Of a DNA stretch of 64,000 nt, positions 24,948 through 37,985 are shown piece after piece; position 1 is the first letter of the stretch, and every line of letters begins with the position of its first letter. Source of the stretch: Podarcis melisellensis (lineage: Eukaryota); assembly GCA_964234715.1 (NCBI GenBank), contig OZ174276.1; one strand, 5' to 3'. Below the pieces are notes generated by a model. It was not told the origin of the DNA, made no database searches, and worked only from the letters and a program-made list of their open reading frames with translations. A program made the translations under genes and the position numbers.

Positions 24948-25341
24948 GGTACCACATAGGAAACTCCTCCGCCTTCTTCGCTGGGGCTGGCTCTCGGCGG
25001 GGGAGGGGAGGGAGGAAAAGGGGTGAAACAATTTCAAGATGGCGGCGACTGAGGCGCGGATAACAATGGAAAGCGGGAGGCTTGGGTGGCTCCGGGCCTG
25101 AGCTGGGGTCGGGACAGGAGTGAGGGAAAGTCGGCGGCGCGTCGCCAGGCTCCCGGCAGGAGGCGGGGCGGCCCCGGCCTGTAAAGGGTGGCGGCAGCGA
25201 AGGAGGAGGAGAAGGACGACGACGACGACTACAGGGGAAGAGAGCCGAGGCTGTGAGGGCTACCCGGTGTCTCTGGCCGCCAGCCATGGCGGAGTGAAGC
25301 GGCCGCCTGGTCTCTCGCGTTGCCTTTCTCGCCCTCGGCTC

Positions 25342-25767
25342 ATGGTCCTGCCCCCCTGCCCCATGGCGGAGTTCGTGGTTCCGCGACACAGCGCGGTGAT
25401 GGAGCGGCTCCGCCGGCGGATCGAGCTGTGCCGGCGGCATCACAGCGCCTGCGAGTCCCGCTACCAGGCCGTGTCCCCGGAGCGGCTGGAGCTGGAGCGC
25501 CAGCAGACCTTCGCCCTCCACCAGCGCTGCTTGCAGGCCAAGGCCAAGCGGGCCGGGAAGCACCGCCAGCCTCCTCTGCCTCCCCCGGCAGCCGCTCCGC
25601 CCGCCGCCCCGTCCCAGCCGCCTCCCCCTGCTCCGGCCCCGGGCTCCGGGGGCTCCTCTGCCTCTACCTCCGCTCCTCCCGACAGGCCTGGAGTCAACGG
25701 GCTGGACGCCGACACCGCGGGCGGTGAGCAGCAGCATCAGCACGGCCGGAGCAGCGCCCTCATCGCG
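25342..25767 (+). CDS. MAML1: MAML1 exon 1 coding part (mastermind basic domain)
   Basis: MVLPPCPMAEFVVPRHSAVMERLRRRIELCRRHHSACESRY...SSALIA|gtaagg. Confidence 0.95.
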
Positions 25768-28700
25768 GTAAGGTCCCAGCTGGCGGGCCCCGGGGTTGGT
25801 TGGGGCTTTGCCCGGGGGAATCCGCGCCACCCCTTGAAAAGGACCTGTAGGGCCGGGAAGGCTGAGGCCGGTGGTCAGAAAGGAGTCGTGGTTGAAGGGA
25901 ACTTTCCTTTAATAAGGCTGGAGAGGTTTGAGGCCTCCCTCAGAGCTCGAGTTCCTCATATTGGGAACAAGATAAGAGGATGTTTGTTTCCACCTCCCCC
26001 GGGCCGCTCCAGCTGTGCATGAAAGAGAAAATTGATTGTTTGCTCTCCTGATTCTATCTACCCCATTCCCCGGCATATATATAAATATAGAGAGTCTCGT
26101 CTCTTCCAGCTTATTAAGGCAGCGTACATATGTAAATAGTGATTAAAGAAAAAGCGGGGATCTTTAGCAAAGTATGTAGGAAAAGTAAGAAATGGTAGGC
26201 TTCCAGTTCTGTTATGAGCAAAATAAAGGTGAATGCGATTCTTTACTTCCTTTAGCGTTGCTATATCTTGGCTTTACAGCGAAATGTGGCATGAGAATGA
26301 TCCATCCAGGCAGGCAGGCAAGTTGGTGAAATGTTCTTGAAGCTCTGCTCATGCCCAGTGTAACAAGCCTGTGCAAATAGTCGGCAGGAAAAATAAGGAC
26401 TGCATTTCCCCCATTTATATATGTATTGTTTTTTCTTCTTAGAGTGGTTCACATGGGAGACACTGTTTTTATTTTCACAGCAACATTGTCTGATAGGTTA
26501 CTACTGTATGTGAGCAACTGGCCTAGTCCCTGCCATACTGGCTATGTAACAGAGGGGGAGCTTCAGTATGAAGAGTTTTTAATGGGGATTTAGGGACCAA
26601 CTTGGAGACTGGTATGGAATGTCTGCATACACAGAAATTGAGAATTTTACTCCATATAGTGGAGCCTGCTTGTTCTGGTTTTCTAAGCATATTGGTCCAA
26701 TGACTCAATCTACCACATCATGTGTATGGGTTTGTGGAAAATGAAGAAGTCTGCTTATGCCTTTTCCTACTGTGGGTTTAAAAATGTAAAGATAATACCT
26801 GTCTTCCCTGTAAAAGGGTAGGTTTTGCTAACTTTCCCTATAGAATCAGGTCAGTGCTTTAGGGCTGAAGCAAGGTGTAGAAAAATCGCACAAAGTTAGA
26901 TGGTGTGCTAAGAAAGCCACACATAAGAAACAGTAAAGCTGTTGTGGGTAATCCCAAACAGCTGTGGGTGACTATGTTTCATGGTCACTTTGGGATGATG
27001 TCTTTGAGTTTAGGTTTGCTCGCCTTTGAGCCAGTGTTAGAAACTTAGATATATAAACTAGGCGCCAAATGGTTCCTTAAACCAGGGCTACATTTGCCAA
27101 AACAGAATGTCGGTAACTTTTGTGTTGAAATAGTGAAGTATAATTCCAGATACACTGGAGAGGTAGAATATTATAAATTTCTTGGGATTTTAATTCTCCA
27201 AATTTTTCCTCATGTACCCTTACTTGTGCTTTATATTATAGCTCTGTGAAAGGATGGGTAAAGACTCAGAAACATCACATAAACATATTTTCATTGTCTT
27301 AAGTAAGGCTTGAATGTTTGTGTATTTCTAATGGATTCTTAGAATTTATTAATAAACATTGTAATCTGAGTTGTATTTTAGCAGCCTTGAAGAGAAGGAC
27401 ATGCCTTGGGGAAAGTTGCTTACTTATGTTATTAGTTGTAGATAGTCCCTAAGTCAAAATAAGCAACCATATATCAGATTGTATCCAAAGGGCATATTTT
27501 TTCCAACATTGCTCCTTTCTTTAGGTGTAATATTTTATCATTTAAATACCAAAACCAAATTAATTACAGCAGGAACAATATGGTTGGGTATTATCCAGTG
27601 ATTCCCCACCCCAATGTACGATATATCTAGCAAAGCACTGGACTTGGTTCCTTTTCTAGTTCTTTTCAAATAATCTAAGCTATCTCTCAAGTGCATTTGT
27701 ACAAATGCATTAATAATAGAGCTGTAGCACTTTTTCATAAGCAAGGCCCATTAAATCCAACATCCTCTCTTCAGTGTCCAAGCCTATGGGAAGCCTGCAG
27801 GCAGGATCTGAGTGCAGCAGAGAGCTCCCTACTTGTGAATCCCAGAAGCTGATATTTATAGATATACTGCCTCTGACACTGAAACATGTTATTTTTTCCC
27901 TACAAAATGAACATTTTAAAAACTGTGTGCCTTCATCCTTTAGGGTAGATAAAAATGTTACTAATCTATGCTTCAGTTTTATCACCAGTGGCTATTGGCA
28001 AGTCTCCAGTGGGTAAGATTAAGTGGGAAGGAAGAAGTATTCTCTTTATTGGTCACTGAATGTTTGGCTAGAAAAATGAAAGTAAAAATTAAAATCTCTC
28101 ACATTCCTTGTATTAGATTGCTATTTATTCTTGATGCAAGAGATTGACATATCTAATCTTGAATTTCTTCTGTGCCTGAGCTCACAGTGATTTTTAAATA
28201 CTGAAAACAAAGAAAGTTAACTACGTTGGTAAAGTTAAAGTGAATTGCCAAGCTGTTTAGGTCACTATGGTTAACAACACATCTGAAAGATGCATCCAAA
28301 AATGATACTAATACCCATAGTAAGCTAGGGAATGAGAAAAGGAGCAAACTAGGTAACCCTTTCTATGACATTTTAGGTTGTGATCTTTGCATCTGGTAGA
28401 GTCAGGAGTTGCCTGCCCTATTAGTCATTTGTCTGTTTTAGAATTTGGCTGGACAGAGCTAGGACATAGTCAGAAGGATGGGTCACTTTAATTTTTTTAC
28501 TGGCATTGAGGTTGTAAGAAGGCCCTGTGATCTGACAATGTCTTAAATGGTATGTGTCCCAGATAGAAGGTTGTTCAAAACTTTGTAAGAAGAGCTTGGT
28601 AAATTCTTTGATACTTTAAACTTTATGTTGCATTTCAAAGTGTACACTTTAAAATACACACTTCAGAAAGGAAAATGGCTAAGAACATAAAACATAACTC

Positions 28701-31700
28701 TATAACTTTCTGTTTTATACATATTTTGCATTGTATCCAATGCTGTCAGTGCATGAACAGAACAGATTTCCACTCACACAACTGGAGCTCACTTCCCTCT
28801 TTTAACCTTGCAGTCCTCACACACTCTAAAAAACTGCTTTGTAGGTTTGGGAGACCGCCAGAAAACATTTTGGGGTGTGCAGGTGTGGAGTTGCAGAGGG
28901 TAGAAGAAGGTGATTCCTTGTTGCTCTAGTACAGGGGTGCCCAAACTTTTTTCAAAGAGGGCCAGATTTGATGGAATGAACATACGTGAGGGCCAACCAA
29001 AGTTGTTGAGCTTTTTTAAGGATTTGACCCCAATAAATAAACTGGCCCCCAAAATGGACTTTGGATATGCCTGTTCCAGTAGCAATGTTGGGTTCCACCC
29101 TTTATTGTCAGAAAAGTAAGTATTAAGCAGAGCAATTGAATCTTCCAAGGAGTTAGAAGGGACCCTGAGGATCATCTAATTCCTGTACACTATGCCAATA
29201 TTTCACATACACCCTGTAGCCCTGACACTGCCTTTCCAAAGCTGGGTAAGCAAGTTGCAAGCTCTGGCAGGGTCCTATAGCCCTCACATCTCCTTCCCAA
29301 AGTTCATCTGCATGAGGGCTGGGGGGGGGGCATCAAATGTTGCTGAGGGCCACCAAAAAAGGCTTCGAGGACCATGCATTGGACCACCCTGCTCTAGTAT
29401 TTTCCCTTAAGCCTTCTGGTTTTGAATTTCCACATCACCTGATTATTTTCAGGTGTTGATATCTATGTAACCCTCTTGCCAAAAGGAAAGCAAAAGGGTA
29501 AGAAAAGCCTGATTAGACCTCTTAATGACCTTCTAATGATTAACTGTTTTTAACATTGTGTTTTAATTGTCGCCCTGAGACGTTAGGGTGAAAGGCAGAT
29601 AATAACAACTTTATGCTTACTTTTGAACAGTTGGACCATATAGAATGTGACCATATAGTATGGGTTAAACTTCTAATTTTTAGATGATCTACAATCTATA
29701 TTTTAACAGAAAAAGCACTTATACGGATATAAGTACCATACAGTCTGGTTATCTGCCCTTTCTTGTTTAGCATCAAGGAACTAATGTGCAAACTATATGC
29801 TTGATGGTATTTCTCACCATCAAGGTTTTTCTTCCAAACCAAACAATATTCTTAAGCACTGCTGGAAGAGATGTGGATGGATCTGCCCCTATTTTGAGCA
29901 GTCAAACTCCAAATTGCTTTACCATTAAGTGTGGTAATGAGCAGAAGTTGGGGACATTTTATCAATGAATAAGATACCACCACAACTGAAAATAATGTCA
30001 AACCCTACATCCTTAGTTGCCTTTCTACAAATGGAATGGCTTCTTCTGTTCATGAAAGTGACATGAGTCCATCCACCTCCCATGCTGTTTCAGAGGATCC
30101 GCCAGCCTTCTGGAAGATATTTTACTGGGGCACAGGGAGTGCATGGGAAGAGGAAATTGGCGAATATCACCTTTCCCCACTTCTGGTAGTCAGGTAGTGG
30201 CAGTACCCCAGGTGTGGACTTGCACTCATAGGAACTTAGAATCTAAGTCCCTCCCTTGTTTATGTTGAGGCAAGGAACAGATCCAGCAGAGGTTCTTTGC
30301 TGTGGGAAGAGAGAGGAGCAGCAATTGCAGTGATTCGTCGTTGTCCCAGCATCTCCCATTAGCACTTCCCTTGCTTTTCTGGAGGCCCTCCCTCCCCACT
30401 CTGAAACAGCTTTTCAAGGCACACAAGTGGCTGCAAGCTCCAGTGAGCACATTAGGGTGGAACCCTATGGAAATTATGTTCTGTGTTTATTAAGATTGTG
30501 AGCACCTTTTAAAAATTTAGCCAGTATATATCCTTTCCTCGTACTACTGTTGGTACTGACAACTTGCATCACTTGCAGGCAAGAGCTGTATGTTGTCAAC
30601 AAGAACACTGTTTGCTTTTATTGCTTATTAGTGTACTGAAACATAAACAAGTTTTAATTAAAGTACTCTCGCAATGACGATGATCCTGTTGTGTGTTCTG
30701 AAATTAATGTTCTCCCTTTTACATGTAGGCACTTACTGTACCAACAAAATAGCGGTATCTACATGTTTCTGGGGTATTCTCTCATCAGAGGTCTGTCATT
30801 GACCTTACTCACTTCTGTAGTTCAGGGAGCCATGGTTTGGTATACATAGGTGAACTTGGGACCCAGAAATTTTGCAGGCAGTGTCACTGCCCCAAGCAGT
30901 TGCATTCATCCTGATTGGGAGATTTTGTGATTGATTAGAGACAGGACAGTACTGATAACAGTTACATTGCCTGTAAGCTGTGTGATAGTTGCCTTCCAGG
31001 CATGCCTAAGATCTGCTTTGGCTGCCTGAAGTAATGCAAGGTGTGGAGTTGGAATGACTGCAGACCATTTTGTGGGATTACACACACAATTGCTTTCAGT
31101 GCTTGGATAGAAGTTTCTGCTAACAAGCTGATTAACTTGTTGCACAACAAGTTGAGGTAGGGTGTTGTTTACTGGTCTGTATGCTATTGGCAGTTTGATG
31201 CTGTCTTCTCACAAGTCTCATTTCATTTTACTGTAATGGTGTTTTCTGAGATATAAAGCACCCAGAGCAACTAGTAATGCTGTTCGACTTTAAAAGAGGT
31301 GGACAGGCTAGCATTTTGTTTTACAAGTCACAGAAGTTCTGATATAGAAAAAAAGTTTCTATTGTAGCTGTGAATTAAAGTATTTTTCCATCTATTAGAT
31401 GACCCCATGTATAAGATGCCCCCTATTTTGGGGGACTCAGATTTAAGAAAATGGGGGGAGATGGTCCAGAGTATAAGACACCCCCTAATTTTTGACATTA
31501 TTTTTAAGGGGAAAAAACTAGTCTTATACACGAAAAAATACGGTACTTCACTAATAGCTTGAGCTCAGGAAAAAAGGCTCTATCATTAAAGTCCGTTCAA
31601 ATTTGTTTTTTCCTTCAGATAGGTCGTTGTGTGTTTGTGCATTGGGAACAAATGGTTAACATGATTCTGAATCTGCTTATATTTCAGTGCTGTTAACTGA

Positions 31701-34700
31701 AATATGTAGAATATAGAAATAAGTATTTTAAAATATTTTATATTTACAATATTTTAGAAAACTGTTGATCTCTATTGTAGTTCAAATAACATTTGATCAG
31801 GGGAGATAATTTATATTGTGAACTGCTCTGAGACCCCTGGGTATAGGGTAGTATATAAATTCAATAACAATAATAATTGTACTCTTGTAGGAAATAAAGG
31901 AATTATGAACACTGTTATTAGCAGATGAATACATTTTTATTGCTCTTCAGACAAATTGTCCAGTATTTCCCTTTTTATTCTGTTCAGAAAGCAGAGAATA
32001 GAATATTTTTTAGAAAGACTTATCAGGGTGTTAAGTATACACATATTGCTAGAACAATAATTTAATTAATTTTTAATTCAGTGTAATTGTCTGGCATCAA
32101 TTAAACTGATCAACAGGATGTAGTATCTCGGCAGATAGTATTGAATTATTTTCCAGTTGTTTCCTCTCCTTTGAATTTTCATCTTAGAACAGGTTATTCT
32201 CGCCTTGACATACTTTGGTGGAGCTGCTATCTGACTCACTTGCCAAACTGTTGTAAACTGCTCTTTGAAGAGAGCTGTACATGATTTTGCCCATTTCTTT
32301 GTAAAAAATGTTAAAGTGCAATATTACTTCATTGCGCTCAAGTGATATTCTAGTAGAAAAATGATTTTGTATAACATGTCCCTTTAGATCAATGGTTGCA
32401 TTTCAAATTAGTGCAGGCTGCTCACAAAAAACTTATATCAGTACAAATCTCCAATATTTCACTGACTCACTGTAGTTTTGTATAACCACAAAAAATGAAG
32501 GCTCTTTACAACGCAGAGTTAGAAAAATGGATGAAGTTGCCTCCGTCTTAAATATTGACAGACTTTGCTTCTTTTTTAGAGGACTCTGATGATAGGACTT
32601 TCCCCCTACTACTTACACACAGGCTATACTTTAAAATAGTTTTTATCTTCTTAGGGCAGGTTTACTTAGGATAGGCAGAGGTTTTCATTTTCTCTTCTAA
32701 TATGTATACAGTACAGCATTTTTCTACAGTATTTTGTGTGCTAAAGCTCTTTAGCAGTATGTAGATTGTATCTAATTCTGCTGTTCTGCTCACCCAGCAG
32801 ACCTGTACAGTGGAACTTTCCTCCTCTCCTTCCAGCCCCCCATGCCCCCTCAAAATCTGCCCCAGAAGGTTGGAGCACCCTCCAGATGAGATTTTGGGAG
32901 TGCACAGTGAGAAGAGGGGGAAGTCTCATTGTGCAAGTGCAAATCCCCTTGCGCAGTGTTGAATGCAACTCAGACTGTATAGACATAACATCTTCCAGAG
33001 GAGTAGCCATGTTAGCTTGCTGCAGAGAAAACAACAGTCCTGCTACAGACTGAATTTGTGACCATTTAGCCTCACTTGTTTTTTTTCTTAGTGTTTGTGT
33101 GTGTAGTGGGCAGTAGTCCACAAAAGCTTACAGCAGAAACAATCTGTTAATATATTAGATGTCACAACTCCTGTTCTTTTGCCAAGGTAAGATTGTAGTA
33201 GGTAAGATTCCATTACCTTAAAAATTGGTAGAAAATCTGTTTTTGCAACTGATTCATGGGAGAAGAGATTACTTATTAATATTGTAGTTTGAGGATAGTA
33301 CCAGAGAACAAATAACACATTGTGGACTTGAAGGGCTAAACAACTTGCTGTTTCCTTTAGTTACATCTAGAGGGCACTACAAAATAAGAAATTGCATCAT
33401 AGCTCATGAACAGAGCATGGATCGTCAAATGCAATTGCTGTGGGAAGAAAATCTTCATTAGTAAATTTATCATCTTGTGCTATAGGAACATAGACCAGTT
33501 AGTTTGTAGTCAGATAAGACTAAGGAAATGAAAGTACATAACAAAAGTTGATTTTACAAATTGTGTGGAGTAGGTCAGCAATGTGGTCTGCCTCTGAAAA
33601 TCTAATAGTAACTGAAAGTAATGCATGTTTACGTGTTCTTATATGCGTTTCACTGAAAATACTGTTGCATGGGTTTGGAAAATTACAAGGTAGTAATATT
33701 TTATTGATGGGCAGGAGGGTCACCAAAATGCAAATAATATAATTTAAAATAAAGGAAGTCCAGTATCTTCTTAGTTCTTATTTATTATGGTTGTATTCTG
33801 CCCTTGAACCCCAAGGTTCTCTCCAACTAAAGGTAGTTGACTTTAAATGGGGATAAATATTGATCCAATGGAGGAATAAAACAATAACCAAAGGAAAAGG
33901 GGTAGAGGAGGACTGATATAGCATATAGGTGAAAATTGGATAAGAGTTTAATCAGTTAAACAACACTACTTGAAACGCTTGCCAAATTCCACTGAATTTC
34001 TCTGCATTCCCTGTTGTGCCACATAACTAGGCCTCTTATAAAGAATTTTAGAATGTCCTTAAAGCAATTCTTAAATATAGGTGTACATTGTGTTTTCCAG
34101 AACTGTACCACATCTTGTTTTGCTACTAATTATTGCTTGCATTCCACTAAATAGTAGGTTTTTAAAAAAAAAAAAAAAAAAGTACCCACATTATAGGAAT
34201 ATGTTCCTGAATTAAGAAGTTTGAATGATAATTCTAGTTTTGGAAGCAAAGCTAAATTGGTTTTGCTACTTTTTCTAAATAGATTTAATGGTGTATCAAT
34301 TCCAAAACATGCAGACAAGACTTGCTGGTGAAGGTCTACGGATTATTGGTTACATGCTGGAGATGCTAAAATGTCCACAAGGGTGTAAAATGGGGGGTCA
34401 GGACCTAGGGAGTATGAAATTCAATTTCCTGCTGAATAAGCCAATTTCATTGGTCAATTGATGAGATTTGTGTTGAGTGCAAGCTTCCATTGCTGTTATA
34501 TAATATTTTGCACTAAATACAATCCTCTCAGGTTTGGGGATACCTGAAATAAACTGGTATAAAATTACCTCAGGAGGAAGTGTTGAATGTTTAAAGTCTT
34601 GTGCTTTCAGGAGTTATGAGGTGAAAACCCAGTCTTTTGAGGTAGACAAAGCTGTAATTGCTTCTGTTAAGGTTTTTATATTTTTTGGAACACTAGTCTG

Positions 34701-37700
34701 CTGCAAATTTGTAATACTCCCCCCCCAATTATTATAATAAAATTTTGAAGAGGAATATTATCTACTCTGAATCATTTCTCTTCCTTTTTAAAGTTGGAAG
34801 TTAAGGTGTGGATTTGTAAATGCTTGCTTATTAGTCATAAAAAAATTGGTTGAGTGGCGAATTTTCTGAGGAGCATAATGCAACTTGCTACTAGACTGGT
34901 GAGCAACTGCAGTGAAAACGATGATGCTTGGTAGCTAAAAGAATGATTGCTAGACTAAGAAACCAAAATGGCACTTGGTGTGAGGCATAAAACTAATTTA
35001 GAACTGTCTCTCTTTCAGCAGCTTCATGAAACAGTCAAAAGGAAACTTGATAGTTCCGTTTCACCGCAGAATGGCGACCAGCAGAATGGCTATGGGGACA
35101 TGTTTTCTGTCCCCAAGAAATTGCGTCATGATGATGGTCTTGTTGGATTGAGTGGCTCCTCTAATGGAATCCCTCCTGCATCACCTCTGCACCAGCTTGA
35201 CAGCAAATCTTCTGGTGGAGACACCTTACAGCTTAATGGAAAACATTCCATGGGTCTAGATGGCATCAACAAAAAGTGTCTGCCAGACTCTAACCTTCAG
35301 CTGAATGGAAACAGTGATGCTGATGACCCCTTTGCTATGGTTATTAACAAGGAGCTTAAACAAGAACCAGATGACCTTCCTTGTATGATTACGGGACCAG
35401 GAAGTTCAATATCTCAGAATAATTTGATGTCTGATCTTAACCTTAATGAGCAAGAGTGGAAGGAGCTCATTGATGAACTTAACAGATCCGTGCCTGATGA
35501 GGATATGAAAGATCTATTTACAGAAGACTTTGAGGAAAAGAAGGATGTTGATGCTTCAAATTCAGCTGCACAAACTCCATTACCACAGGACATCATTATC
35601 AAGACAGAATTTTCCCCAGCAGACTTTGAACAAGAGCAGATGGGATCCCCACAAGTCAGATCTACTTCTGCTGGCACAACGTTCATTGGTACCTCTTCTG
35701 TTAGTGCTGCTTCTCCATCAGTTAGTAATTCTCAAACTATGATTCAGCCTTCCAGTCAGTCAGTAACTGAAAATTCCAACCAGTCCATGATGCAGCCATC
35801 AAGCCAGTCTCAGAATATTCAGAGGCCTCTTCCTAGTTCATTGTTATCTGGTCAAAGTACAGGGGGTGCCAAAGAGATGTCATCTGCTAAACAGCTTCAA
35901 CAGATAGCTGCTAAGCAGAAGAGAGATCAGCTGTTGCAGAACCAACAGCAAGTCCATCAACCCAACCAGATTCCTAGCTGGCAGCAGTCTGGACCTTCAC
36001 ACAGTCCATTAGCTGTTTCATACACTATGGAAAATCCCACTAGCCCTTCAGTTTACCAACAGGACTTCAATAACCAGAAACTCATGATGTCTAGTATGCC
36101 AAACAAGAGTTCTCCAAGGGCTGGAGTTAATTATCATGGTGGAAATATGTTAAGCCATCAGCCAAACAGCTTAAACCAGAACTCTGTATCTAGTCAAAAC
36201 TCTGTGCTAGACTATGGGAATACGAAACCTCTTTCACATTACAAAGAATGCGGTCAAGGAGTTACAGTATCTGGACAGAACAAGTCTCCAATGTTGGCAT
36301 ACATGCAGCAGCGTCAGCAACCCACTCTGCCTCATATGAGCGATGAGCAGAATGGGATGTTTGTAATGAAGAAGTCTGGAAATACTGCTTATAGACCTCT
36401 AGGGCCACACAGCCAGGTAAGTGCTTGAAGTAGAAGGTTTGTTAATAGTAGATGAGGAGGGCTGAATAAGTAGAGCAGCCATGCAAAGTAGTTCCATTGT
36501 AAGGTGCATTTTTAGAGCTTAATGTAAAATGGTACAATGGACATGACAAATAGCAACGGTCTTAATTGAGAAAGAAACATACTGTTTCTCATATTCTCTG
36601 AAAAGATAAATGCCATGATAATATACTATTTCTGTTCCAAAATAGTCACTGGAATGATCTTTATAAAGACGGGGGTTCAGTTCTTCAAGATCTGATAAAT
36701 AGGACCTAATTAAATTTTAGGAGATCTTTTCATTGCTCTGATTATTTTGTTTGAATAGGTGTGACTAGGATTGAAGTTTCTTATGAGATATTACTAGTTA
36801 CTCTGAAGACTGGAGAAGGGACCCTCATAAGAATATTAGGGGAGTGGGTAGGGGAAGTGTGGTTTTGTTTTATGCAGTCTTAAGATGCGGACTAGATCAT
36901 GTGAAAAATGAACATAATATTTTAGCTGCAGTTAATTCGTTTTCAGCTTTGTATTCTTGTTATAAAAAAGCATGCCTAGACACTCCATTGTGGCGGTGCC
37001 CATAACCTAGGTTTAAGATGCCATTTAGCTCTTAGCGTTCATATTTCAGTTTCTGACACTGCATATAGGGCTTTATTAGTCTTTATTTCCTTGAAATCAT
37101 CCAAGGGTAAGGATTGAACCTCACATAGCGTATTTATGGGAACCTAGAGCCAGAAAAAACAGGTCTCTTAATGAAGATGGATAACTGTTTTGACCAATGA
37201 GAAGATACATGCCATCTCTGGTGTAAGTTGTCTAAAAAGCCAACCAGAAATTTACTTAAAGAATGCTTCCACCTCCTTAATGAATAATACGACTGTTATT
37301 ACAGTGTAATGTAAGTTATATTACAAAAGTGGCTTACTTCAGGGGTACCAGATCACATATATTATAGTGGGTACTGTTAAACTGCATCAGAATGTTGGGG
37401 TTTTCCCCCAGTGAGAGCGCAACCCATAAAGGAAATCTGTTTCTTTTCCTTATTATTGGAAAGTATGTGTGCTGTGTTTCTGTTCAGTGCTGTATTTAAT
37501 TAATCCTCTTGGTTATAAATGCCCTTTGGGCTTCTTCTCACAATGAGGTTCCTTGAATCCTGTCACTGGATGGTTGCTGCCCCATGCGGCCATTTCATGG
37601 ATCTTGGCTTACCACTCACTAGACATTAACAGACTCAGACTTCATTGTGTGGTTTTGTTTCAATATCACTGTTAGTATGCATGATTGCTGCATCTTCAGA

Positions 37701-37951
37701 AGTGGCTTTTAATTTAATGAAGATTTTTATTAGACAGGCTTGCTGTACTTTAATTTATCTTCTTTGCTACATTGTAATAGTTGCTGAAAGCAGTACAGTC
37801 GTCACTTTTAAGACTTTTTGAAAGGGTGATCTTTGTGCTGCCTTCTGCTGCTTCAGTCCTTCTCTAGCCATTGGGCTTGAAAAAGCCTAATTGCTAGGAG
37901 AGGAAAGAATGGGGGGGGGGGAGAGACTGTGTGTATGTGTGTATGCACGCG

Positions 37952-37985
<34 letters not shown>

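Larger units (their letters stand above)
24690..26010. promoter_or_regulatory. MAML1: CpG-island promoter and exon 1 region of MAML1
   Basis: Abrupt GC- and CpG-rich segment. GC boxes at ~24749-24757 and ~24776-24784, ETS-type ACTTCCGG at 24765-24772, palindromic CRE TGACGTCA at 24940-24947, YY1-type AAGATGGCGGC at 25036-25046. Confidence 0.85.

Noticed and set aside
24811-25830. 339-aa antisense ORF over MAML1 exon 1
   Set aside because: Low-complexity Gly/Arg/Pro product expected from a stop-poor CpG island opposite a real exon; no recognisable domain.
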